From Treponemataceae bacterium (GTDB lineage: Bacteria; Spirochaetota; Spirochaetia; Treponematales; Rectinemataceae), in assembly GCA_963677895.2 (NCBI GenBank), contig CAXXGJ010000025.1, positions 224,001-288,000 on the forward strand: a stretch of DNA of 64,000 nt. Direction: 5' to 3'. The notes under the pieces were generated by a model. That model saw only the letters and a list, made by a program, of their open reading frames with translations, did not search any database and was not told the DNA's origin. Shown here one piece after another: positions 9,508 through 18,615 of the stretch (position 1 is the stretch's first letter; every line of letters begins with the position of its first letter). Made by a program: the position numbers and the translations under genes.

Positions 9508-10378
9508 GGTCGATCAGGTCGCGCAGCCGTTTCAGGTCTTCCCACGCGGGACGCTTAAGCGTCGGATCCCGGAGGAGGGCCGATGGATGGAAGCTGGCGA
9601 CGACGGGGATGCCTTCGTATTCATGCATTCTGGTCCTTAATCGGTTTATGCCTTCCGTCGTGGAAAGGAGGGCTTGGGCAGCCGTCCTGCCCGCGCAGAG
9701 GATGGCCTTGGGGGAAAGGAGGCGTATCTGCTGGCGCAGGTAGGGCATGCACGCGGCTCTTTCGTCGGGCGCCGGCTCCCTATTGTTGAGTGGTCTGCAT
9801 TTCACGATGTTGGCGATATAGCAGTTTTTCCGTCTGTCGAGTCCGATGGAGAAAAGCATTTTGTCGAGGAGTTGACCGGAAGCGCCGACGAAAGGGAGTC
9901 CCTGGTTGTCTTCCTCGGCTCCCGGGCCTTCGCCCACGACCAGGACCAGGGGTTTTGCGACGCCTTGGCCGAACACGACGTTTTTGCGCGTACTGGAGAG
10001 AACGCATCGCGCGCATATCAGGGCCTTTTCCCGCAAGGTTTCGAGCGTCTCGCCCTTATCGTCGGGTGCGGAGTTTTGTGCCGAGACGGAGGCTGCGGGG
10101 CTTGGCGCCGCTTCCGGCGCCGCACTCGACGAGGTTGCCGGCGCGGCTGCCGCGGGGTTTGAAGCTGCTTCCGGCGCGGCTGTCGACGCGGAGCGCAGTC
10201 TTTCCAGAAGTTCGCCGGAAGGCCGCTCGAGCCTCATGCCTGTCGACAGAGCGCTTCCGATAGTATCGAGGGATAGGAAGAGATCGGCCAGGTCGGGCGC
10301 CGCCGCACCTATATTCAGGTCGGGCGCCGTTGTCGCGGTCGGGCCTGGCGCGGTCCGGGAATTTTCATTGTCCATCAT
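9500..10378 (-). CDS. Uracil-DNA glycosylase family 4 with an Ala/Pro-rich N-terminal extension
   Basis: CARC Fe-S ligands, VGEGPGAEE..PFVG, NIVKCRP, FHPSALLR..AWEDL. Confidence 0.93.
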   Translation of the reverse strand: MMDNENSRTAPGPTATTAPDLNIGAAAPDLADLFLSLDTIGSALSTGMRLERPSGELLERLRSASTAAPEAASNPAAAAPATSSSAAPEAAPSPAASVSAQNSAPDDKGETLETLREKALICARCVLSSTRKNVVFGQGVAKPLVLVVGEGPGAEEDNQGLPFVGASGQLLDKMLFSIGLDRRKNCYIANIVKCRPLNNREPAPDERAACMPYLRQQIRLLSPKAILCAGRTAAQALLSTTEGINRLRTRMHEYEGIPVVASFHPSALLRDPTLKRPAWEDLKRLRDLIDHD

Positions 10379-12854
10379 GGGCGATCTCCGCTTTCATGCT
10401 CAATTTTTTCGTGCCGAAACGTCCGCTCGAAACCTTGATGGCGATCTCCCCTTCCCTGCCGACGGAAGCGATCCAGAAAGCGGCCGAACCGCCCAGGAAG
10501 CTGATTTCGGAGGGGCCGACCAACCTGCCAGCGCCGGACACTCCGATCCGCAGCGGTTCGAAGATAAATGAACAGGAATTGTCATACTGGTCGAGGACGC
10601 GCGCCGTGACGCGCTGGGTATCCCATTCGTCGCCGGGCCTGACATGGAGGACGGTTGCGTCGGCAGTCAGCTCAAGCCTGGAGGCGGAAGCGTCGGCGCC
10701 GAATCTCCTGCGCGCGACTTCGGCGCCATCGAGGATTCCGACCAGCTCGAAGACATCGTCGGGACAGCCCCAGGCCATTCCGTACTTCAGGATGAGGGCT
10801 TCGGCGTCCTTGAGTTTCATGCGCCGGCTGAGAGCGAGGCGGAGGAAGCGGAGCTTGTCGGTCGGCCGCAGGTTCGCGGCGCCCTTCTTCATGGCTTCCG
10901 ACGCCAGCGAGAGGAAAAGCTCCTTGTCTTTCGGGGCGAAGCCTTCATTGTCGAGCCGATCCCCGATGAAATCGACCATCGTCACGGGCGGATGTTCAAG
11001 GTGAGGATATGTTTTCCGGTCCGGCAGAAATCGCCCAACTTTCTCCCCGGAACGATAGAGATCGACGGCATCGCAATTGGTGTAGACCTCGACGGGCAAG
11101 GGCAGCATCGCGCTCCGCTCGCCCTTTGCGAAAAGTGTCGCCGGTTCGAGGATTATTTTTATTTTCGGATCAGCCTGGCTCGCGTAGAGCGCCGCCGCGT
11201 ACTTGGGCATCCTGAACATGTCGGCGACGCCGTGATAGCAGATCCTGTCGCCTGAACCGAAATCCTTGTGGGTATTGTAATCGAAGGCGCACCAGCCTAT
11301 GGCGCCGGAGACCGCGGAATCGCCCATCGCGGCATCGAGGACGCGCGCGTGTCGCCGGGCATGCTCCGCGAGCCGTTCTTCCTGGTCGTAGCGTTTTGTC
11401 GGGAACATGTGGCCGTTGTGTTCGGTTATGAGATAGGGCGCGTCCTTGCTCTTGCCCTTGACGGATGCCGGAGACGCGATCGCGAGCTTGCCGCCGTCAT
11501 GGGTGAAGTCGTTGTAGGTATAGACGTCTTCCAGAAGTCTGCTGCGCCAAAAATTGCGCACGCCGCCCCTCTGCCTGTCCGGGTCGAGGGCAGCGGCCAG
11601 CGCGTTGGTCCTCGCGTAAAGCTCGTCATCGTCCGGCGACTCGTTGACGCGGACGCCCCAAAGGATTATCGAGGGGTGATGCCTGTCGCGCCGGATGAGG
11701 TCTCCCAGGTCGGCCAGAGCCTGATCCTTCCATGCCGAGTCGCCGATATGCTGCCATCCGGGGAGTTCGGTCAGGACGAGGAGTCCCAGTTCATCGCAGG
11801 CGTCGAGGAAATGCCTCGACTGCGGATAGTGGCTGGTGCGCACGATGGTCAGTCCCAGCTCCCGCTTAAGGATTTCGGCGTCGCGGCGCTGCGCCCCCGG
11901 TCCCATCGCGTAGCCGACATAGGGCCAGGATTGGTGCCTGTTCAGGCCGCGCAGGAATACTTTTCTGCCATTTAAATAGAAGCCTTGTCCCGTAAAGCGC
12001 GCGTCCCTGAATCCAATGCGCTCTTTCAGGCTGTCCGCGTCATGGTCCCCGATCTGAAGGACCACTTCGAGATCGTAGAGTTCGGGCGAATCGATATCCC
12101 AAAGCTTTATTTCGCGCAGGCCGTCGAAATCGAGCTGAAGCTCTCTTTCCCACTCGGTTCCGGCGCCGGGAATTTCCTTCCGGGTTTCGGCTACGACCGC
12201 CCCATTCTTCGCGAGTCTGGCCACGATCTTCGCTCCCGACCAATCCGAGCCCCCCATCGTCACGTCAACGGAGAGTTGGGCTTCCTGGGCCGCCCCTTCG
12301 GATGCCGCCTTTTCGGACGCCTCCCCTTCCTGGGCCGTCCTAACCTGGGGACGGGCATGGATTCTTTCGATATACGCTTTTTCCTGTACGCGAAGATAGA
12401 CCGCCCGGTAGATTCCCCCATAAACGAGGTAATCCACGACGTTTCCGAAGGGGGGGATGCCCGGATTTTCCCGCGCGTCGACTTCCACGATAAGCCGGTT
12501 GAGGCCGTCGGGCTTTACCGCCTCGTCGATATTCACGGAGAAAGGCGTGTACGGCCCTGAATGGCTTCCCACTTTCCGTCCATTGAGCCAGATTTTGCAG
12601 GATACGGCGACTCCCTCGAAATCCAGGAAGATCCTTCCGCCCTCGGGAAGCTTGGGGGTTTCGAAGTCGCGACAGTAGCAGCCCTTCTTCTGATACGATC
12701 TTTCGTCGAAATGATTGAAGGGGAGTTCCAGCAGGCTATGAGGCAGGTCCACGTTTTCCCAATCGGCCGGGGAGAAAGAATCGCCCAGCCAGGATTCGTC
12801 CAGCGGGGAACCGAGGAATAGCCAGCCTGCCGAAAGGGGATAAATGCTGCGCAT
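10365..12854 (-). CDS. Glycoside hydrolase family 2 (probable beta-galactosidase)
   Basis: GLNRHQ, RTSHYP, WGVRVNES (acid/base), YLITEHNGH (nucleophile), GWCAFDY; no signal peptide. Confidence 0.92.
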   Translation of the reverse strand: MRSIYPLSAGWLFLGSPLDESWLGDSFSPADWENVDLPHSLLELPFNHFDERSYQKKGCYCRDFETPKLPEGGRIFLDFEGVAVSCKIWLNGRKVGSHSGPYTPFSVNIDEAVKPDGLNRLIVEVDARENPGIPPFGNVVDYLVYGGIYRAVYLRVQEKAYIERIHARPQVRTAQEGEASEKAASEGAAQEAQLSVDVTMGGSDWSGAKIVARLAKNGAVVAETRKEIPGAGTEWERELQLDFDGLREIKLWDIDSPELYDLEVVLQIGDHDADSLKERIGFRDARFTGQGFYLNGRKVFLRGLNRHQSWPYVGYAMGPGAQRRDAEILKRELGLTIVRTSHYPQSRHFLDACDELGLLVLTELPGWQHIGDSAWKDQALADLGDLIRRDRHHPSIILWGVRVNESPDDDELYARTNALAAALDPDRQRGGVRNFWRSRLLEDVYTYNDFTHDGGKLAIASPASVKGKSKDAPYLITEHNGHMFPTKRYDQEERLAEHARRHARVLDAAMGDSAVSGAIGWCAFDYNTHKDFGSGDRICYHGVADMFRMPKYAAALYASQADPKIKIILEPATLFAKGERSAMLPLPVEVYTNCDAVDLYRSGEKVGRFLPDRKTYPHLEHPPVTMVDFIGDRLDNEGFAPKDKELFLSLASEAMKKGAANLRPTDKLRFLRLALSRRMKLKDAEALILKYGMAWGCPDDVFELVGILDGAEVARRRFGADASASRLELTADATVLHVRPGDEWDTQRVTARVLDQYDNSCSFIFEPLRIGVSGAGRLVGPSEISFLGGSAAFWIASVGREGEIAIKVSSGRFGTKKLSMKAEIAHDGQ
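12282..12341. repeat. In-frame 15-bp x4 tandem repeat within the GH2 gene
   Basis: ttcctgggccgcccc / ttcggatgccgcctt / ttcggacgcctcccc / ttcctgggccgtcct; encodes RTAQEGEASEKAASEGAAQE. Confidence 0.8.
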
Positions 12855-12871
12855 CGAGCCGCTCCTGGGAG

Positions 12872-14035
12872 TTATCCCGCCATCATCACCTGAACGATCT
12901 GGATAACGGGAAGGACAATGCAGACGACGATGAATACGATCTCCAGCGTGAGCATTCTCCGTTCCGCCGTATCGTTCTTGAGCAGTTCGTAGACATTCTG
13001 CAGGGCGTCGAGACGTTTGCCGACCGACACTTTCCAGCTTTCCGTATTGAAAATCGAACAGAGACGTTCATAAATGAGACCAAGGAAGTAATCGCCGATA
13101 ATTTTCGATGAATTGTCGAGGTTTTCCAAGGTGAATAACGCGTCGAAGCGCAGGGTCTGCAATTTTCCCAGCTTCATCTTCACCGCGCGCTGGCCGAAAC
13201 GCGTCTTGCCGCCGCTCAGGTATATCTTGCGGATATCCTTTTCGGCCTCGTCCAGCCAGTTATCCAGAAGCGAGTCCAAGGCGCGGAGCTCGATGAGGCG
13301 GTAATTGGCGTGTTCGGCGATGAGAAGCACGTCCTCGTAATCCCGCGAGGGATCGATGATGATGCAGCGGTCGAAGTCGAAGATGGCCAGGTCGTTCTTG
13401 CGATAGCTGTGCGGCTTTTCGAGGATCTGCTTGACTTGGCTGTCGTGGAGGACGCCCGGTTCCTCACCGGCGAGGAGGGCGGCCGCCACTTCCCTGTTCT
13501 GGTAGAGGAATTTCTCCGGACTATCGGCGGGGCAGTCCAGGATGCAGAAGGCGGTATAGGTTTCCCTGTCGAAGACCCAGTTTTCCTTAAGTCCCGTCAC
13601 GGCGTCTTTTATGGCGTTCACCACCATCTGGAAACTCGAATCGGCGAACTGTTCCAGGGATTCCGATCCGCTCACGTCGCTCACCGCGAGGTTGGCGTTG
13701 GAGGCGAGATTCTTGAAGGTAGAATGCGTCCTGTAGCGCACGACGAGGGTGAGGGCGCCATCGTCATAGATTTTCGCCAGGGCCGTGAATTTTTCGAAGC
13801 ATTTGGCGTCGCATTCTTCCGTGCTCAGCGTGAGGACGAGAGGCTTGGGAAGAGTGAGCGACGATGGCGTATCCCTGCGTTTGCCGAATCCTATGTCAGG
13901 ATAGGCCGGGATCTTCGAAGCGGCTTTCTTGAGATCGACCGAACGGCCTATGTCGTAAACATAGAGATGGACGATTTCAATCGGCAGTACCTGATCCTCA
14001 TCCGGTGGGACCTGATTCTCATCTTGGTCGCTCAT
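12872..14035 (-). CDS. Conserved hypothetical protein, probable RMD1/DUF155-like, with a C-terminal TM helix
   Basis: YVYDIGRSVDL start, IAEHANYRLIELRALDSLLD, SKIIGDYFLGLIYE, terminal LEIVFIVVCIVL. Confidence 0.65.
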   Translation of the reverse strand: MSDQDENQVPPDEDQVLPIEIVHLYVYDIGRSVDLKKAASKIPAYPDIGFGKRRDTPSSLTLPKPLVLTLSTEECDAKCFEKFTALAKIYDDGALTLVVRYRTHSTFKNLASNANLAVSDVSGSESLEQFADSSFQMVVNAIKDAVTGLKENWVFDRETYTAFCILDCPADSPEKFLYQNREVAAALLAGEEPGVLHDSQVKQILEKPHSYRKNDLAIFDFDRCIIIDPSRDYEDVLLIAEHANYRLIELRALDSLLDNWLDEAEKDIRKIYLSGGKTRFGQRAVKMKLGKLQTLRFDALFTLENLDNSSKIIGDYFLGLIYERLCSIFNTESWKVSVGKRLDALQNVYELLKNDTAERRMLTLEIVFIVVCIVLPVIQIVQVMMAG

Positions 14036-15066
14036 TGGTTCTTTACCTCCGTTTTCGCGATCTCGCGATCGAGAACCGAAAGTACGAAGCTGCTGCCGGC
14101 GGGGAGCGAGAAAGGCATGCTGAAATTTCCGCCTGGATGTTTGAGCGAGGCGATGAGAACGCGTTGTCCCGCAGGCTTTATGGCCTCAAGCTTGACGGGT
14201 ACGAGATAGGGGTATTCGGGAAGCGTGTAGACATAGATTCCATTGATGATGTCCTGGGCGGGCGCGGGCGAGGAGAGCACGACCTTGATTCGGTCGCTCA
14301 CTTTAATCTCGGCGTCGGCTTTAGGCTGCTGTTCCACCACCTTGTTCTGGGCTTCGCCCGCTTTGGCTTGGCGCATGGAAAAATCCACGGTTAATGTCGT
14401 CTTCTCAGCGGCGGCGACCGCCGCGGACATGGAAAGACCCATGAAATCGGGAACCTGGGCCTTGAGGCTTTCCGGCCCCTTGCTGACGACGAGCTCGAGG
14501 ACGGTGGGTCCCGAGATCTGTTCGCCGGGCAGGGGTTTCTGCTCCAGGATGGTTCCGGCAGCCGAATCGTCGAAGCGGTAGACGGGCGGATCGCGCACGG
14601 TCACGAGAGGCTTGGAGGAGGAAAAGAGCGACTGAAGCTGGAGCTTCACCGTCTCGAGGTCCTGGCCGACGTAGTTTTCGATCTTGTCGAGCACGGCGCC
14701 CCTGCTGACGATCAGGTTGATCCTTCTTCCCGCCTTTACGATGCTCCCCGATCGGGGCGACTGCTCAAGGATGGTATTCTTGTCTAGGGGATTGTCGGTG
14801 AAACGGAGGGTAAGCCTTGGATATAGTTCCCTTTCCTGGAGCTTGACGAGAGCGTCGGCCAGCTCCATATCCCTCACGTCCGGAACCAGGACTTTTTCCG
14901 GTCCCTTCAATACGGCGAAGAAAACGATGACGGTGACAAGGAGCAGCGCGACGCAGAGCAGCGCGGCATAAAGAGAGAACGCCCTTTTCTGTTCCCTGGT
15001 CAAGGAGGAAAAATCAAAGCGCGGCAGCGCGAATTTTCTTCTAGGTTTCTTTTCGTTCTTTTCCAT
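14032..15066 (-). CDS. Membrane-anchored PASTA-repeat protein (no kinase domain)
   Basis: One TM helix followed by three PASTA repeats (VPDVRDM..ILEQSP; IENYVG..ILEQKP; VPDFMG..VVEQQP). Confidence 0.9.
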   Translation of the reverse strand: MEKNEKKPRRKFALPRFDFSSLTREQKRAFSLYAALLCVALLLVTVIVFFAVLKGPEKVLVPDVRDMELADALVKLQERELYPRLTLRFTDNPLDKNTILEQSPRSGSIVKAGRRINLIVSRGAVLDKIENYVGQDLETVKLQLQSLFSSSKPLVTVRDPPVYRFDDSAAGTILEQKPLPGEQISGPTVLELVVSKGPESLKAQVPDFMGLSMSAAVAAAEKTTLTVDFSMRQAKAGEAQNKVVEQQPKADAEIKVSDRIKVVLSSPAPAQDIINGIYVYTLPEYPYLVPVKLEAIKPAGQRVLIASLKHPGGNFSMPFSLPAGSSFVLSVLDREIAKTEVKNQ

Positions 15067-15068
15067 TT

Positions 15069-16055
15069 CTAAAAATTTTCCTTAGCTTGTGTCGGCCGGC
15101 TGAACCGAAGGCCAGCCAGATTCCGCATTCCGTTGGCGAAGTCCTTGTATGGCAAGGCCTTGCGCGTCGAAAACTGGAGGCGTCTCAGGGCTATCCAGCC
15201 CTCGCCCGTCCTCACCATGATACCTTTGGCCTTATCCATTCCGATTATAGTGCCGGCGGTAACATTGGGCAATGCTTCGCCAGCCGGACGGAATTCTCCT
15301 TCGCCGAAGGACCTTGCCTCGAGAAGGTTGAGGCGCTGCCCCTCCAGATAGGTATAGGCGCCTGGCCAGGGGTCGAAGGCGCGGATACGGGCATCGATAT
15401 CGGCGGAAGGCAGATTCCAGTCGATGAGTCCGTCTTCCTTGGCGATTTTCCTGCAGTACGTCGGCGTTCCCGCCTGGGCGACTGCCGAGGCTTCCCCCGC
15501 TTCCATGGCTTCAAGAACATCCAGGGCGAGACGCGCTCCGATAGTCGCGCATTGTTCGGAAAGCGTCCCCGCCGTTTCCCTTCCGGTAAGGGTGATTTTC
15601 TCCACGGCGAAGAGATCGCCCGAATCCATCTCAGGGGCCAGTCCCTGGATGGATACGCCGGTTTCCGCATCTTTGTCGAGAATGGCCTGCTGGATCGGCG
15701 AGCTGCCTCGGTGTTTCGGAAGTAGGCTGGGGTGAATATTGATGCCGCCCCGGGGGAAGAGCGAGAGGAATTTTGGGCCGAAGATTTTTCCGTAGGCGAA
15801 GACCACGAGAATATCGGGATTCAAGGCGGCCACGGCCTCTCTTGCTTCCGCGCCGAGCTTCTCGAAGGCGAGAATGGGGATATCCCGGTTAAGGCTTTCG
15901 CGAGCCGCCGCCGCTACGGCGGTGGGAAGCACTTCCTTGCCTCTTCCCTGGGCCGACTCGGGATTCGTGAGGATACCGACGATCTGATGTCGCTCTGCGA
16001 TACCCAGGAGCGTGGGCACGGCAATGGCTGGGCTTCCCGCGAACAGTACCTTCAT
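15069..16055 (-). CDS. fmt: Methionyl-tRNA formyltransferase
   Basis: FAGSPAIA, VFAYGKI, NIHPSLLPKHRGSSPIQ, MDSGD, RAFDPWPGA. Confidence 0.97.
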   Translation of the reverse strand: MKVLFAGSPAIAVPTLLGIAERHQIVGILTNPESAQGRGKEVLPTAVAAAARESLNRDIPILAFEKLGAEAREAVAALNPDILVVFAYGKIFGPKFLSLFPRGGINIHPSLLPKHRGSSPIQQAILDKDAETGVSIQGLAPEMDSGDLFAVEKITLTGRETAGTLSEQCATIGARLALDVLEAMEAGEASAVAQAGTPTYCRKIAKEDGLIDWNLPSADIDARIRAFDPWPGAYTYLEGQRLNLLEARSFGEGEFRPAGEALPNVTAGTIIGMDKAKGIMVRTGEGWIALRRLQFSTRKALPYKDFANGMRNLAGLRFSRPTQAKENF

Positions 16056-16077
16056 GATTCCCCCCCGATTGTCGGAC

Positions 16078-16566
16078 CTATATCTTGATCATTCGTTTGT
16101 AATGCTGAAGTACTCTCTCCTTCTTGAAAGGCGTGATCCTGTCTATGAACAGCTTGCCCTGGAGATGGTCGTATTCATGGAGAATGACCCTGGCCAGGAG
16201 GCCGTCGGCTTCCACCGTGAAGGGCCTTCCTTTTTCATTGAAAGCCTGAATGCGCAGGGCGCTCGAACGCTTCACCACGAAATAGAGCCCCGGAAAGGAA
16301 AGACAGCCTTCCTCGTACTCGACTAGGTCGGGGCTTGTCATGACGATTTCCGGATTTATGAAGATCCGTTTCTTGTCATCGTCGACATTGGTCACGAATA
16401 CGCGTTTCGAAAGAGCTACCTGGGGAGCGGCCAAGCCGATCCCGTGGTCTCTTCTCATCACTTCGAACATTTCTTCGCAAAGAACGGCAAGATCCTCGCC
16501 GAACTCCGTGACGGGCTCGGCCGGTTTTTCCAGTATCGGATCGCCGTAGGTAACTACTTCAAGCAT
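16078..16566 (-). CDS. def: Peptide deformylase
   Basis: GIGLAAPQV, EGCLSFPG, HEYDHLQG motifs. Confidence 0.98.
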   Translation of the reverse strand: MLEVVTYGDPILEKPAEPVTEFGEDLAVLCEEMFEVMRRDHGIGLAAPQVALSKRVFVTNVDDDKKRIFINPEIVMTSPDLVEYEEGCLSFPGLYFVVKRSSALRIQAFNEKGRPFTVEADGLLARVILHEYDHLQGKLFIDRITPFKKERVLQHYKRMIKI

Positions 16567-16643
16567 AGATAGAACTCCAAATCTTTATATGCCTATAAGG
16601 TAAGGGCTTTGGGCCTCAGGGTCAAAGCCTGTATCTCTTATGA

Positions 16644-17135
16644 TCACTTGAGCTGGGGAATTTCGAACTTGTCCCCGATATTCAAGCCGACCCTCGTGAA
16701 CCAACCCTGGGGTACTTCGATGGCATAGCGCACGCTCCGCTCGGAGGGCTTAGGCTCCAGGGAAAAAGGGGTCAGGTCCAGGATCTGGAGAAGGGTGCCG
16801 TCCTTGCCCAAAAAGCCCAGGGAGAGCGGCAGGGAGGTATTTTTCATCCAGAAACTCACCTTCTGGTCGGATTCAAAGACGAAAAGCATGCCCTTGCCGT
16901 CGGCAAGGCTTTTTCTGAACATAAGGCCGCGGTTCCTCTCCAGCTCGGTATCAGCCACTTCCGCGATCAGCTGAACGTCGCCTGCCTTGAGCGTCACCGT
17001 TTCCAGCGCGGGATTGGGTTTGTTCGTATCCTGAGCGGACTGCGCCGTGCAGGAAACAGCCATCGCGGCAGCCATGGCTATCGCGGCCAACGTCGAGAAT
17101 AGCCTATGTTTTCGGCTTGTTTCGCTAAAGCGCAT
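16644..17135 (-). CDS. DUF192-family lipoprotein
   Basis: AEVADT..RNRGLMFR..GMLFVF..FWMKNT..YAIEVPQG; start moved to MRFSET (SD AAGGAG); AVSC lipobox-like site. Confidence 0.88.
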   Translation of the reverse strand: MRFSETSRKHRLFSTLAAIAMAAAMAVSCTAQSAQDTNKPNPALETVTLKAGDVQLIAEVADTELERNRGLMFRKSLADGKGMLFVFESDQKVSFWMKNTSLPLSLGFLGKDGTLLQILDLTPFSLEPKPSERSVRYAIEVPQGWFTRVGLNIGDKFEIPQLK

Positions 17136-17182
17136 CGATTTTCTCCTTACCGGAATGGGCATAGCATACCTCGATTTCACAT

Positions 17183-17213
17183 AAAAAAAAAGGCCGCCCA
17201 AAGGACGACCTTT
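17183..17213 (-). terminator. Intrinsic terminator after rpsU
   Basis: Minus strand AAAGGTCGTCC-TTT-GGGCGGCCTTT followed by a long T run. Confidence 0.85.
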
Positions 17214-17284
17214 CGTTTTACGGATTCGATATGGGAAAATTCCCCGCTCCGTGCCGATAAATTTGAGCCTATCGGCGAGAGTTT

Positions 17285-17497
17285 TTAGTATCCACCCTTG
17301 GAGTCGTGGGTCTTCCTGGTTTTCTTCATGAGCTTTCGGGCCAGGGCTTTCTGTTTGCGGTTTTTGATTGTGGAAGGTTTCTCGAAGTATTCCCGCTTTT
17401 TCCATTCGCGAATGATGCCCTCTTTTTCGACCATGCGCTTAAAGCGCTTAATCGCTTTCTCTAGGGGCTCGCCATCTTCAACTACGATTTGCCGGAT
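17285..17497 (-). CDS. rpsU: 30S ribosomal protein bS21 (start ambiguous: ATC 17497 or GTG 17506)
   Basis: [33 protein letters not shown]. Confidence 0.96.
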   Translation of the reverse strand: MRQIVVEDGEPLEKAIKRFKRMVEKEGIIREWKKREYFEKPSTIKNRKQKALARKLMKKTRKTHDSKGGY

Positions 17498-17502
17498 AGT
17501 AA

Positions 17503-18558
17503 TCACCTCCCTTCTGCCGGAGGTTTGATTTTACTGGAATCGGCATCTTTGTCAAGAGGAGGGCGCGAAAGGAGGGAACGAGAAAGCCAGTAATATGGGT
17601 TCACGGAGACGTTGCCGACGCGAATTTCCCAATGCAGATGGGGTCCCGTGGATAGTCCCGTGGAGCCGACGCGTCCAATCGGTTCGCCCCCGCCCACCAT
17701 ATCGCCCTCGGCCACCTCGATGGCGGAAAGGTGCATATAGAGGGAGAAGAGGCCCGGCAGATGCTCGAGGACGAGAGTGTTGCCGGTCACGATGCGAAGT
17801 CCGGCGAAGACGACTCTGCCCGGAGCGCAGGCGAGCACTTCGCTTCCCGTCTTGGCGCCCAGATCGATGCCGCCATGGATCGTCGAATCGCCGCCGCCGC
17901 CATCGTAGATATAGCGGCGCTCGTCGCCGAATCCGGCCGTCTCGCGCCAGGCGACGGAAAGGGGTTTCACCATGGGATCCATGGCAAAAAGCGCGGTCGG
18001 GTCCCTGGTGTCGAATATATCCGCGAAGACCTTCGATTCGGCCGCCTTGGCGGGATCGGGTTTCGCGCGAATCGCCGTATTCGCCTTGTCCAGCGCTATG
18101 TCTTCCTTCATGAACTGTTTCGCCTCGATGACGAAATCGGCGCTGACTTCCGCTTTATCCCGCGGATCGGATCCCGCGCCGCTTCCATCGAAAACGGCGG
18201 ATACGTGGAGACTTCCGGGACCGGGGGCGGCTTTCGTCGGTATGGCCAGAAGAAAGCCGTAAAGATAGCCCTCGCCTTCCGATGGCATGAAAAAGGACTC
18301 GGCCGAGGAAAGGTTCTTTCCGTCTGAGCTTTTTAGAAACGCGGAGGCTGAAATGACGGGGCGATCGCTCGCCATCCAGCAGAGGAAAGGATCGCCGGGC
18401 GCGACATTGCCGGGCATATGGATTGTCTGGGCCGCCGCGGGCAGGATTGAGATAAAAACGGCAAGAAAAAGGATGAGGGAGAGACGGAAGAAGGCTGTCG
18501 CGCGGCAGGCCGAAGATTTTTTTTCGCGGGCTCCATAAGGTCCCAGATACCCTTTCAC
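17503..18558 (-). CDS. M23-family metallopeptidase
   Basis: HGGID (HxxxD), [22 protein letters not shown]; signal peptide present; start uncertain (GTG 18558 lies 6 nt after TATAGT). Confidence 0.92.
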   Translation of the reverse strand: MKGYLGPYGAREKKSSACRATAFFRLSLILFLAVFISILPAAAQTIHMPGNVAPGDPFLCWMASDRPVISASAFLKSSDGKNLSSAESFFMPSEGEGYLYGFLLAIPTKAAPGPGSLHVSAVFDGSGAGSDPRDKAEVSADFVIEAKQFMKEDIALDKANTAIRAKPDPAKAAESKVFADIFDTRDPTALFAMDPMVKPLSVAWRETAGFGDERRYIYDGGGGDSTIHGGIDLGAKTGSEVLACAPGRVVFAGLRIVTGNTLVLEHLPGLFSLYMHLSAIEVAEGDMVGGGEPIGRVGSTGLSTGPHLHWEIRVGNVSVNPYYWLSRSLLSRPPLDKDADSSKIKPPAEGR

Positions 18559-18615
18559 ATCGATACTATATACTTTATACTGCAATCAATTGTAATCACC
18601 ATTCAGGAGATTCTG

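Noticed and set aside
17136..17405. Extended DUF192 ORF overlapping rpsU
   Set aside because: It crosses the rpsU terminator; an SD-supported start lies at 17135.
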